In this document: positions 25,062-37,800 of the stretch, piece after piece
Layout of the letters: every line of letters starts with the position of its first letter
How positions within the stretch are numbered: the first letter of the stretch is position 1
From: Torpedo marmorata
Lineage: Eukaryota
DNA: 64,000 nucleotides
Direction of reading: 5' to 3'
Assembly: GCA_977017645.1 (NCBI GenBank)
Contig: OZ360239.1
Span: forward strand, 10,912,001-10,976,000
The notes under the pieces: generated by a model
Databases searched by the model: none
What the model saw: the letters and a program-made list of their open reading frames with translations, nothing else
Told to the model about the DNA's origin: nothing
Translations under genes and position numbers: made by a program

Positions 25062-25880
25062 TGCTTACATTTGCCTGTATCTCCGCTCCCGCGGGGAGCG
25101 AGGAAGCGGAGATACAGCGCTCCCGCGGGGTCCAGTCGACTGCCGTCGGTTCCGCACGGGCTTTGAACAGCCCGTTAAAGGAGCCGACGGTGGTTTTATT
25201 TGAGATCCCGCGACCGCGGGGTCTGCGCCCAAGATGGCAGCGCCTTTTAACCGGCAGCAGCCACGAGGGGCTGCAGACTCCGGGGAAGCGGAGGACTGGA
25301 GCAGGGCAACAGAGGATGGGAAGATCACCTCCCCCGTCTGAGAAGGAGAAGCGGAGGAGACGACCCACGGGACGGTGACCACGGCGGCGGACTGGTGAGG
25401 GGCTCTGAGGCTGAAGGACCAGTGCATGCGGCGGGCTGCTGGCGACTCGAGGCGAGGAACCCGCGGAGGCTGTGGGCTGCTGGAGACTGCTGTCGGGGGA
25501 CTCACGCCGGGCTGCGGACTGCTGGAGGCTGGCTCGAACTGGCTGGAGGAGTACCATGTATCGGAACCGGGATGCGAGGGGGTGCCGAGGGCGACCTGAC
25601 CGTGTTGGAGGTTCAGATCTGGAGCTCGGGTTGCCGATGGTTTGGACTGGACTCTGTGTGGCTGTGGAGGCTGCGGAAGCGCTGGAGGCGAATCTATGGA
25701 CACTCGGTGACTCTGGGGGGACTCTCTTTTGCTTCTCTTTCTCTGACTGTAATGAATGTTAGAGGTGCTTAGGCAATTTCTGCCGGTGGCGAATGTGTCT
25801 GCCTTGCAGAAGGCACAAAGAAATTTAATGGAATATGACACTGTCTTATTACTATGACAATAAATTGAATCTTGAATTCT
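25062..25880 (+). mobile_element. Near-complete GC-rich non-autonomous retroelement with a Rex1-like tail
   Basis: CpG-rich head with AAGATGGC, no RT coding, ATGACAATAAA plus (TCTTGA)n tail; relatives at 10085-10700, 10745-11005, 20390-20715 and 43670-43910. Confidence 0.7.
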
Positions 25881-26487
25881 TGAATCTTGATCTTGAATTT
25901 TAGGATGTAGGTGGTTTGGAGAGTGCAGAGATTTACCAGGATGTTGCCTGGATTGGAGAACTTGTCTTATGAACCACGGTTAGCAGAGCACGGTTGGAGT
26001 GATGAAGGATGAGGTGACTTAATAGAGGTCTACAAGATCATGAGGGGCATAGATAGGGTGGACAGCCAGCACCTTTTTCCAAGGGCAACAGTAGCAAACA
26101 CCAGAAGGTGAAGGTGAAGGGAGGAAAGTTTAGGGGAGACGTCAGGGGTATGTTTTTTTTACAGAGAGTGGTGGGTGTCTGGAATGCATTGCCAGGGGTG
26201 GTGGAGTTACTGTGCCCTATGTCTAAATTTTAAAAATCTAATGGCAGTATTCAAAAGACTCTGATAAGCATATTGTTACAACTCAAACCAGCACAACAGA
26301 AAACTCAATTCAAAAGGGTTAAATTTTAACTCTATATTTATTAATGACTATTAACAATATAATGTCTTAACACAATTAACCCCACTATAAGTATCTATAG
26401 CAAATATACGGATATCATATATTTATAAACAGTGTGTATGTGAAAAAACCCAGACCATTACAGTCTGTGCCCAATATTCAAAAAGGA

Positions 26488-29400
26488 GAAGTTAATGAGG
26501 TTCTTAGTTCTTTAACAAGTGGAAAATCTCCGGGGGAGGACGGTTTCCCACCAGAATTTTATAAGGAATTTAAAGATTTATTGATACCTGCATACATGGA
26601 GGTGTTAAAACAAATAACGGAAACTCATTCTCTACCGGGAACATTTTCGAATGCAATAATAACAGTTATACCAAAAAAAGACAGAGACTTGTTGAAAACA
26701 GAATCATATAGACCACTTTCATTGTTAAATGTGGATTATAAGATAATGGCGAAAATATTAGCAAATAGACTGGCTAAATATTTACCAGATTTAATTCATG
26801 TAGATCAAGCAGGTTTTATTAAGAATAGATATTCAAAAGATAATATAGCTAGGTTAATTAGTTTAATAAATGTGGCTCAAAAGAAAGAGGAATTAGCATT
26901 AGTATTAACATTAGATGCTGAAAAGGCTTTTGACAGATTAGAGTGGAATTATTTATTTAAAGTATTGGAAAAATTTGGTTTTGGAACTACATTTATTAAT
27001 TGGATTAAAACTATTGTTATGGACCATGACTGACCATTTGGACTGTGGACGGTCAGCAGGAAGGATGAAGTCTTTTGGAGTACACACTGGGACCAGGTAC
27101 TGAAAGAGTTAACTTGCCCAGGACTTGGTGTACCCAGAGAGAGAGAGAGATCAGAGAGAGTGACAGGCTGTGAAAAAGATACTTTGTTGCACTTTTGCAA
27201 AAGCAGGTGCAAACCTCTGCAAAAAGCAGGCAGTTTTGGAGTTGCAAAGGCTAGAGAACACAGCAAAATCCAGGCTTGTGCATCCCAGAGGAAAAGGCTG
27301 GAAGAATAGCACATGGCCTCCTGTCTCAGAGAAATCCTGAGTTAAAGCAACTTTTGTGGAGAACAGGCGTGAGATCAGCGAGACCAGCTGTGAGATCCAA
27401 GCACACGCCTAAATCAGTGGTATACTGATCTGAACTCGCAATCCTTATGAAAACACAAGAAGGGAACGTCATCAGAGAAGAAAAACAAGCCAAGTATTTG
27501 TAAGCATAAACAGTCATTGTCTCTCTCCAACGTTCATTCAGAAGTACTTCTACCAGCACACCGAGCTGAATTTGAAACCTGAACTTAGAGAGTGGAATTT
27601 TGTGGACTGTATTATTCTTTTTATGACTGACTTGTTTTTATGACTGACCTGGGGTTTTTGGGGAAAGTTTTTCCATTTTTACATGAGGGTTTGGCACAGA
27701 CTGTAATGGTCTGGGCTTTACACACACACACACCTTTTAGATAAGAATAGTGTTTATAGACGTTTATAGACGTTTATAGTGGGGTTAATTGTTGTGAAAT
27801 TATATGTTTAATTGTGTTTAATAAATATAAATTTCAATTTTACCCCTTTTGCATTGCGTCTTCTGTCGTTGCTGGTTTGATTTTGTAACACTATATATAA
27901 AAAACCCTCTGCCAGAGTGGTGACAAATGGACAAATTTCTTCAAAATTTTTGCTGACTAGGTCGACTAGACAAGGATGTCCTTTGTCACCAGCATTGTTT
28001 ATTTTAGCAATTGAACCTTTGGCAGAATTAATTAGACAAGATATCAAGATTGTAGGTATTAAAGTCGGAAGAGAAGAGCATAAAATTAGTTTATTTGCAG
28101 ATGATGTACTGATATACATGACAAAACCTATTACTTCTTTAATACAATTGAATGTTTTATTGAAAGAATACGGGGAGATATCTGGTTATAAGATTAATTC
28201 TGATAAAAGTGAAATTATGGCATTAACACAAGGGGATTATAGTAAATGTAAAGAAATTACACAATTTAAATGGTCAAAGGAAGGAATTAAATACTTGGGA
28301 ATAAAGACAGACACAAAATTAGTTAATTTATATAAATTAAATTATATACCATTATTTATGAAAATTAAAAAAGATTTAGAAAGTTGGAAGGATTTACCGA
28401 TAACTTTAATAGGAAGGGTAAATTGTATTAAAATGAATGTCTTCCCAAGAATTCAATATCTTTTTCAATCAATTCCCTATGAAATTCCTCAGAAATTTTT
28501 TCAAGATTTAAATTTAATTATTAGGAAGTTTTTGTGGAAAGGAAAGTTGGCTAGAGTAGGTATGCAGAAATTAACTTGGAATTATGAATTGGGTGGTTTA
28601 CAACTTCCTAATTTTCAAAATTATTATAAAGCAGCTCAATTAAAATTTATTAATGAAATGTTTGATTCAGGAAAATCTTCTGCTTGGATTCGAATAGAAT
28701 TAAATAATATAGGAGAAGATTTGAAAGAAGAAGTTATTTATAAATGGAATTCTAAATTATTATTAACAAGAGGGAAAAATTCTCCTATTTTTAAACATTT
28801 GTTAGAAATATGGAATAGAGTGGATAAGGAGATAGGAGGGAAAGGGTTAATTTCGCGAAGAATGCCTTTATATCAAAATAAACTTATTCCATTTACTGTT
28901 GATAATCAATTATTTAAAATTTGGTTTCAAAAGTGAATTAAGAAAATAAATGATAGTTTTGAAGCTGGTAAATTTATTACTTTTCAGAGAATGAAAGAAA
29001 AGTTGAATGTATTATATAATACACTTTTTGCTTATTATCAAATCAGAGCATTTTTAGTTGAAAGGTTGGGTTATAGTTTGACTTTACCAAGACAAAGTGA
29101 ACTGGAATTATTAGTTACTAATGGAGGTGTAAATAAATTTATTTCTCAAATGTATAGATATTTACAGAGAAAAATGCCTAAAGTAGGAATTCGCAAATCA
29201 AGATTAAAATGGGAATCAGATTTGAATGTAACAATAGATGAAGAACATTGGAAAGAATTACCGGTATGTAAATTAAGTATGACTAAGATTATTAATGTCA
29301 GATATAGACTAGTGCAATATAATTTTTTCCATCAATTATATTTAACATCTAAAAAATTAAAGAAATTTAATCCGACATTATCTGGTTTATGTTTTAGATG

Positions 29401-30053
29401 TAACAGAGAGGAAGGTTCTTTTATACATTCTACATGGCTCTGTCCAAAGATATATGATTTTTGGTTGAAAGTTAAAAAGTTTTTAGATAAAGTATTAAGA
29501 ATTACACTCCCAATGGATCCTATGATATTTTTATTTGGAGATATTAAAAGAATTAGTACTAAGATGAAATTAAATATGTATCAAATAGAATTTTTGTGAA
29601 TTGCTTTAGCTGTTTCTAAGAAATGTATTGCTATTACATGGAAATCTGATTTAGGATTAGATAGATGGCATGCAGAACTTCGTTCAGCTATACCACTTGA
29701 AAAAATTACTTATAATTTACGTAATAAATATCATTTCTTTTTGAAAATATGGAGCCCATATATATAAAAACAGTTGGTTTAAGGATTTGAAGATCTCTGG
29801 ATATCAGATCTGACTGGTGAACCTATTTTCCACAATAAAATTAGTTTATAGTTGTTCTTTTTTTTTTAGATTGACATTCTCCTTATTCTATCTTTTTTTT
29901 CTTTCTTTTCTATTTTATAGATTAGTAGGGGTGGGAGGGTTAGGGTGGGGAGGGAGGCAGGGGGGGAGAAAATGTATCACATGTATTTTGATAATTTTGC
30001 ATTTTATACAGTGTATTGTGTGATTTAAAATTTTAAATAAAATATTTTTTTTA
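26488..30053 (+). mobile_element. 5'-truncated L1-clade LINE, same family as 1462-3690
   Basis: KSPGEDG, YRPLSLLNVDYK, LDAEKAFD and LFADD motifs; nonsense codons; AATAAA/A tail; probable TSD AAAAAGGA. Confidence 0.93.
27015..27890 (+). mobile_element. Solo LTR (876 bp) inserted in L1 ORF2
   Basis: TGTTA..TAACA termini, CTAT TSD (27011-27014, 27891-27894); the L1 peptide WIKTI|YK rejoins when it is removed. Confidence 0.9.
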
Positions 30054-31461
30054 AAAAAGGAAAAATCCCCAAAACCTCAGGTCAGTCAGTCAAGTAAGTC
30101 AGTCCAAAAAACACAGTCCACAAAATTCAGTCTCAAAGTTCAATGTCCAAGTTCAGTTAACTGATAACAAAGGACGTCGTATTGAATGTTGGAGAGAGAA
30201 ATGACTGATGTTGCATTGCAGTAAGTTTACGAATCCTTTTTAAGGCTTCCTCAGATGACTTCCCTTGGTTCTCAGTGTGGTTTTTAACCCTTCCTCACTT
30301 ATGAGGCATGTGCATTTCACACAGCGCTCCAACTGCCGTTCCATTGTCTCTCTGTCTGCACAGCTCGACCTTGGCGAGTCAGCACTCAGCTGTACCACAA
30401 GTCACGCAGAGTTGTCAGCAGAATTTCATCCTTTATAATGACAGTCCACAGTCCAAAAGGTCAGTCCATGGTCCATAACAATATGGATGTAAGAAAAATA
30501 GAGGGTTACGGGTGTGAAGTAGTAAAAAATTAGATTGTTGTGGAGTAGGTTTACAAAGATCAGCACATCGTGGGCTGAAGGTCCTGCACTTGCTCTGTTT
30601 GTCCATCAGTTGACAGCCCTACTCTTCCCCATAGCCTCGTATCCTTCCCCATTTAACCAGCCTCACGGTGGTCACTGCACGCCTTCACCAGAGTTGGTGT
30701 AGAGATCGTGTATTTGTGTTAATACATTCATTGGGATCGTGCTGGGATTTTGTTCCCAATCCTGAGCCAAATGGGGGAAGTGAGAGTTTCCTCAGCAGGG
30801 AGTCCAGAACCAGGGCACTGCCCCAGGAGAAGGTGCCAGGGCATTTGGGGCCAGAAACACAACAATAATATTCTACTGGGTTTAAACCAGAAAGGAATTG
30901 TAAAAGGAACGATTTTTTTTAAAAGGGATGAGGTAGATGACAAATTAAGGCAGCAAATGTGTAATTTATAGCCATCTTCACCTTGAAAGAAGGTGGTGCC
31001 AGAGCGTCTGTTAAAGGAGATGTGATTGAAATGCTGGATTGGATGGACATTTTAAGTCCAAGTTCAAGTTTATTGTTAGAGTAAATAAATGACATCACAT
31101 GCAAATCTGAGATTCTTTTTCCTGCGGGCCAGGCAGAATTTCTACTTATCGGTAGTGTAAACTGTACTCGAGAAAAAGATACATGTACAAAAGAGAGAAA
31201 TGTAAACAAACTGTGTAAATACAGAAAAAAAAATTCAGTAATAAATAATGTGCAAAGTAAGAGGCCTTAAATGAGTCCCTGATTGAGTTTGTCGTTGAGG
31301 AGTCTGATGGTGGAGGGGTAGCAGCTGTTCCTGAACCTGGTGGTGCAAGTCTTGTAGCACCTATACCTCTTTCCTGATGGCAGCAGCGAGAACAGAGCGT
31401 GTGCTGGGTGGTGTGGATCCTTGGTGATTGCTGCTGCTCTCCGATGGCAGCGTTCCATTTA

Positions 31462-32220
31462 CTGTATATTTTTCCGGATAAGACGACCTTCAGATAAGAC
31501 GGGACCCCAATTTCAGTCTGAATTTCATGGTTTTAGCTCGTATCGGTCGTATTAGACGACCCGCCAATTTTCTGCTCAAAGCCTCAGAGCGGCTGCAAGG
31601 AACGTGCCGGAGACTGCTGTCCAGGCCTCCCAGCAACAACCCAAACTTTGTTACAACACCCCAATCGCCAAGTAACAAATCTGTAAATTAAGCAAGCAAG
31701 TGATTACAATAACAGTAAAAAAAAAACAAAATCTTTGCTTCTGGCCGGGAAGATGCCAAACGGAGCTGGGTCCAAGTCTTCAGCATTGGCTGCAGCTGGA
31801 GTCGGCGACGGCATTCTCAACATCGGGTGCGGTGCCATCCGCATCGAAGAAGTCGCCTCGCTGCCCAAGTGTGCTCGGTGCCGGAACCACAGCTAGCGGG
31901 GAGCTTGGGCTCCCGGGCAGGAGCGGGGACCTCGGGCTCTACAATTCTTTTTTTACAATTTTCAATTGTAAAATGTCTGGGTGGATTATGGTGGGGAGGT
32001 GGTCGGGACCGGCGGCAGCGGTGGGGAGGTGGTCGGGGACCGGAGGCGGTGGGGAGGTGGTCGGGGACCGGCAGCGATGGGGAGGTGGTCGAGACTGGTC
32101 TGCTTTTTTGGCCAGAATTTTAAGGTCACCTGTTTTTGTATGTGGCCTATAAGACGACCCCTTTTTTTCTGGGGTGTTTCTTGGTTGCTTCAAGGGTCGT
32201 CTTATCCGCCAAATATACGG
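31462..32220. mobile_element. Tc2-like MITE inserted in a minus-strand Rex1 fragment (about 31060-32390)
   Basis: TIRs CTGTATATTTTTCCGGATAAGACGACC / GGTCGTCTTATCCGCCAAATATACGG flanked by TA; repeated TAAGACGACC subterminal motif. Confidence 0.8.
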
Positions 32221-32623
32221 TAGATTGTCTTGATGGTGGGGAGTGTTTTGCCCATGATGCACTGGGCTGTGTCCACTACCTTTTGCAGGGCTTTTCGCGC
32301 AGAGGTAATGGTGTCCCCATACCAGACCGTGATGTAGCCGGTCAGCACACTTTCCACCACACATCTGCAGAAATTTGCCACGGTTTCCCATGTCAGAGGG
32401 GGAAGTAGAAAAGCTTATTGCACTAAAGATGGACGTCGCCTCGTCCAGAGGTGATGCTTTTTGGTTGCTTAATCTTCCAAAATGTCTAGGTTCAGGGTTG
32501 TGCATGAGGCCTGGAACATTGAAAATGTTTCATCCATGTTCAAAGAAGGGGTATGGGGACAAGCCCAATAACTGCAGACCAATCATTGTAACTCTGCAGT
32601 TGGCCAGTAGCTAGAATCAATAA

Positions 32624-33212
32624 CCCTGGGCAACATTTTTTTCAAAAGGTTTGCTTCCTGAAAGATAATTGGTGATTATGATTGAACACAAAGATAATTT
32701 CAGATTTGCTGTAGCACGTAGGAAGTTAGAGGAACATTAAATTAATTTTATTGAATTTAGCATGTTGAATCACATAATGATGCTGACACATTGCGTTAGT
32801 TCAACTGACCTAAAAATGTTTTGCCGCTGATTTTCGTTTGTACTCAGCATCTGATGCCTCTTGTGTCAGTGTCCAACAATAGTCGGCCAGCATTGATGGA
32901 TTCCAGTTGCTCTGATACCGCTTTTCCATGGTCGCAATTTCCTGGTGAAACCTTTCATCACTGACTGCACCAAGATCAGCAGGGAAGAAGTCCAAGTGTG
33001 AATGCAGAAAATGAATTTTCAATGACATGTTGCACTTCATGGTTTTGTATGTTTGAAGTAGATTTAAAATACGACAGGAAATCACAAAAATAGTGTATAT
33101 CTAAAAAACGGTATGTGATGGAAAATTTTAAGGTGATTTTCATGATCAGCAGTCCAAAATCCACAAAATACACCCAAAAGTGTTCAGGAAGCACAATCTT
33201 CGTTGTCCAGTG
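32624..33212 (-). mobile_element. Internally deleted Chapaev3-like (CMC) DNA transposon
   Basis: Transposase C-terminus MSLKIHFLHSHLDFFP..LGAVSDE..RFHQ..MLADYCW; termini C(A/C)CTGG(G/A)CAAC; TAA on both sides. Confidence 0.7.
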
Positions 33213-33547
33213 TAATCAGGGACAGAACGTACAGTACAGTCTTTTGGCCAAGCGTGGATTGGGTTAGCGTTTAGAGTTAGAGAAGGCCAGTATGAATTTG
33301 TTAAAGGCCAGTTGTGTTGAACTTATAGATGAAAGACTAGAGAGGATTGATGAGGGATTTGTGAGTGATGTGGTATATATAGAGTTCCACAAGGCATTTG
33401 ATAAGGTACCTCTTCACAAGCAACAGTTAAAAGGCATGGAATAAAAGGGGGAGTCGCAACTTGCATAGAAAATTGGCTAAATACCAGGAAAAGCTACTTG
33501 ATCAAACTGAAGGGAACTATACTCTGATCCTTCCCCACTACTCACAG

Positions 33548-33810
33548 AGAGCTGGGACCTCCTGGAGACAGCGCAGGTGCTGAGTGAGATTGCGACGCCT
33601 CTCTTGGCCGGGAGCAACACGTTGCAAGGTGAGGGGCAGGCGGAACCCTTCTCAGAGACGCCCGACACGCACGTCCTGGTCTTGTCGACGGTGCAGCAAG
33701 AAAGCACAGAGCTTCAGGTGCCCGAGGAGGTGATACTGGAGCTCCCCAACGGCATCAAGATGTACGGAAAGGACCTTGAGGGGATGACCGAGCTCCTGCA
33801 TCCCACCCAG
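33548..33810 (+). CDS. Zinc-finger gene coding exon 2 (ESWDLLETAQVL...LLHPTQ)
   Basis: ctcacag|AG acceptor, CAG|gtaccg donor, phase 1 to 0, open frame. Confidence 0.8.
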
Positions 33811-33879
33811 GTACCGTAGAGGGGTGGGCTGGGTACCACATCCTATCTCGCCGAGCAAACCTTTCCCAGTTCTGACTGA

Positions 33880-34675
33880 TAGAGCACAGAACATTACAGC
33901 ACAGTACAGGCTATTCGGCCCACAATGCTGTGCTGATCTATATAAACCTATTCAACAATTTAACCCTTCCCTCCCTCACACCCATAACCCTCCATATTTC
34001 TTACATCCATCTGCCTGTCTAAGAGGCTTTTAAATGTCCCTGTTGTACCACCAGCCTCCACTACCATCCCTGGGCAATGCATTCCAGGCACCCACCCCTC
34101 TCTGTGTAAAGAAACGTACCCCTGATGTCTCCCCTAAACTTCCCTCACCTTATACAGATGTCCTCTGGTGTTTGCTACTGTTGCCCTGGGAAAAAGGCGC
34201 TGGCTGTCCACCCTATCTATGCTTCTCATAATCTTGTGATTATCTTGTGACCTCTATTAAGTCCCCTCTCATCCTTTTCCGCTCCAAAGAGAAAAGCCCT
34301 AGCTTTGTTAACCTTGCCCCATAAGACACGTTCTCCAATCCAGGCAACATCCTGGTAAATCTCTTCATCCTCTCCATAGCTTCCACATCCTGTATCAGGA
34401 ATCCTTCTTGGACACACCTGACAAATTCTGCCCCATCTATCCCTCTTACAGTAAGGAGGTACCAATCAGTATTTGGGAAGTTGAAGTCTCCCATAACAAC
34501 AATACTGTTATTTCTGCACCATTCCAAAATCTGTCTACTTATCTGCTCCACAGTGTCCTGAGGGCTATTTGGGGGCCTATAGACGACTCCCATGAGAGTG
34601 ATCGCTCCCATCCTGTTTCTGACTTCCACCCACACTGAATCAGTAGATAGTCGGGAGTGGGAGGCTTCCAAAGTT
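33880..34675 (-). mobile_element. Internally deleted CR1 (endonuclease piece joined to the 3' end)
   Basis: VYRPP..MGDFNFP is followed directly by DVEAMER..RMLPGL. Confidence 0.8.
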
Positions 34676-34902
34676 TAGTGCTGGTATGAGGAGTATGAGA
34701 GTTTGTTGTCATATACATAAGTACAATGCACACATGTCCTGGAATTCTTACTTGCAACCACACACATACATAATATACTAACTACATTAGTATAAATGGT
34801 AGACAAACTGATGAGGGGTATAGCTTGGGTAAATGCAAGCAGCCTTTTCCACTGAGAATGGGTGGGACTAGAACTAGAAGATATAGGTTAAGGGTGAAAG
34901 GG

Positions 34903-35830
34903 GAATTTGCCGACGATACCACTGTAGTAGGTTGTATAAAGGAAGGGGATGAGTCAGCATACAGGATGGAGATTGAAAACTTGGCTGAATGGTGCACCAT
35001 CAACAACCTTGCACTCAATGTCACCAAAACTAAGGAGCTGATTGTTGACTTCAGGAAAGGAAAGCCAGAGGTATTCAGTCCAGTGATCATTGGGGGATCA
35101 GAGGTGGAGAGGGTGAGCAAATTTAAGTTCTTGGGAGTCACTATCTCGGAGGATCTTTCCTGGACCCAACACACTAATGGCATTGTGAAGAAAGCACGTC
35201 AACGCCTCTACTTCCTCAGGAGTTTGCGGAGGTTTGGTATGACACCAGAAACCCTGGCAAATTTCTACAGATGTGTGGTGGAAAGTGTGCTGACCGGCTG
35301 CATCACGGTCTGGTATGGGAACACCAATACCCCTGAGCGTAAAGCCCTCCAAAAGGTAGTGGACACAGCCCAGGACATCACAGGCAAAACCCTCCCCACT
35401 ATTGAGTACATCTACAGGGAACGCTGCCGTTGGAGAGCAGCAGCAATCATCAAAGACCTTCACCACCCAGCACACGCTCTGTTTTCACTGCTGCCTTCAG
35501 GAAAGAGGTATAGGTGCCACAAGACTCGCACCACCAGGTTCAGGAACAGCTGCTACCCCTCCACCATCAGACTCCTCAACGCCAAACTCAATCAGAGACT
35601 CATTTAAGGACTCTTACTTGTGCACTTTAATGATTTTCTTTTTGTTCTCTCTGTATTGCACAGTTTGTTTACATTTGTTATCTGTTTACAGTTCTTTATT
35701 TGTTACATGTTTACGCTGTGTACAGTTTATTTTTTGCACTACCAATTAGTGGTAATTCTGCCGCGCCCGCAGGAAATAGGAATCTCAGGGTTGTATGTGA
35801 TGTCATGTATGTACTCTGACAATAAAGCTG
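34903..35830 (+). mobile_element. Rex1-type LINE 3' portion
   Basis: FADDTT, LNVTKTKELIVDFR and KKARQRLYFL motifs; GACAATAAA tail. Confidence 0.9.
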
Positions 35831-36164
35831 AAATGTTGAAGCGGAACATGAAGGGGAACTCGATTACCACATTTAAGAGAAATTTAGATAGGTATATGGA
35901 TGGGAGGGGTATGGAGGGATATTGGAAGGTCAATGGGACTGGGCAGAATAATAGTTTTGTTCTCTGTATCTAACCCGTGCTGTCCCTGCCCTGGGAGTGT
36001 GTGATGGGACAGTGTAGAGGGAGCTTTATTATGTGGATGGTTGTGAGTGTATGGGAAAAGCTGCACACCCTGGGACAGTAACATAGCTCATCATGATGGG
36101 GAGAGAGTCAGGTTACAGTGCTGAGCATTGGGTTTACGTTGGGAATGTGACCCCTGCCCTCCAG

Positions 36165-36291
36165 GTCTTGCTGCAGACTGGTCCTCGGAAGTTCACCTTG
36201 GCCACAGCTGATGCCCTGCTCTCGGCAGGGTCCCTGCTCTTCACCGTCTCCCAGGAAACCAGCCTGGTGGAGCCTCCGCTGAAGCATCCTG
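36165..36291 (+). CDS. Zinc-finger gene coding exon 3 (VLLQTGPRKF...LKHP)
   Basis: ccctccag|GTC and CTG|gtgagt; phase 0 to 1. Confidence 0.8.
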
Positions 36292-36910
36292 GTGAGTCCG
36301 CCTGGTCGCCATGGCTACCACCCCCCAAGGCGAGCAAACCACGAGCTGTCGGAGGGACTCAGTGGGTCAGGCTGCATCGTGGGTAGAAATGGTCTGTCAA
36401 CGTTTTGGGTCGGGACCCTTGATCGAGAATAAGGCGGGAAGGAGTGATGTCAAGTATATCGGGGAGGGGGATAGTGGAGTAGAAGATGGGTAGGGGCCTA
36501 GAGATGATGGGATTATGGACAGAAGGTGGGAGAGGTGGAGAGACAGGGAGGGATCACTGGGAGGGTGGGGGTGGGGGGGGGGGGAAGGTTAGAGAGAAAA
36601 GTAAGAACAGGAGTAGTTACAAAAAGATGGAAACAGTGTAACCAGAGAGAGGTGGGGGGGCGTTGGTTTACAGTGTGCATGCTGTTGGGTGGAAGGCTGT
36701 CCAGGAGGAGTATGATGAGTTGATCCTAAAATTTACTTTTGGCTTCACCCTCAGCGGAGGAGGCCGAGGACAGACATGTCTGTGTGGGAATGGGCAGGGG
36801 AATTGAACCGTGAGTTCCAGCTCAGACCCACAGAACGCAGGTGGTCAGAGAAGCGGTCAAGTCTCCTCTCTTCCTGAACCCAGATTCCTGGAACGTGTTT
36901 TTTTCAACAG

Positions 36911-37017
36911 ATCCGGAAGTGGAAGGGAAGTTGTACAGATGCTACCTCTGCAGTTTGACCTTCAATCGCCGTGGCAACTATGTCCGACATAAGAAGATCC
37001 ACATGGTCAACACGGAG
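36911..37017 (+). CDS. Zinc-finger gene coding exon 4, finger 1 (YRCYLCSLTFNRRGNYVRHKKIH)
   Basis: ttttcaacag| acceptor, GAG|gtgggg donor, phase 1 to 0, canonical C2H2 motif. Confidence 0.9.
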
Positions 37018-37800
37018 GTGGGGGGACTTGTCATGACTTCCCATCACCATACCTGTCCTTTGTGATCACCTGTGTTCCTATTATGGTGGGATTTGATCTT
37101 GTGTCTCCAGATCTATAGATCAGGTCCTTGGTTGCAGGTTCAATAATTCCACCACTGCACTATCATTTCCCCCAGGTCCTGAGCTGTGATCATAAATGTT
37201 TCCCTGTATGTATCACATAGAACATTACAGCACAGTACAAGTCCTGCGATGTTGTGCCGTCCTATGTAAACCTACTCCACAACAATCTAACCCCTACCTC
37301 ACACCCATAAGCCTCTATTTTTCTTAAATCCACGTGCCTGTCTAAAAGTATTTTAAATGTCCCTGAAGTACCAGCCTCCACCACCACCCCCAACAATGCA
37401 TTCCAGGCACCCACCACTATCTGTTTAAAATAAAAAACTTACCTCTGACATCTCCCTTAAACTTTCCTCCACTCACCTTAAACAAATGTCATCTGTTTTT
37501 GGCTTCTGTCACCCCAGGAAAAAGGCGGTGGCTGTCCACCCTATCTACACCTCTTGTAATTTTGTACACCTTTACTAAGTCGTCTTTCATCCTCTGTCGC
37601 TCCAAAGAGAAAAGCCTTATCTTGCTCAACCTTTCTTCGTAAGACATGCTTTCCATTCCAGGCAACATCCTGGTAAATCTCCTCCGCACCCTCTCACATC
37701 CTTCCTGTAACGAGGCGACCAGAACTGAAAGCAATACTCCATGTGTGGTCTAACTAGTTTTACAGAGCTGCAACATTACCTCGCGGTTCTTGAACTCAAT

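Larger units (their letters stand above)
26274..30480 (-). mobile_element. Solo LTR (halves 26274-26487 and 30054-30480) split by an L1
   Basis: TGTTA..TAACA termini and ATAT TSD (26270-26273, 30481-30484); its ends are reverse-complement matches to the LTR at 27015-27890; inserted in a CR1 3' end. Confidence 0.85.
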
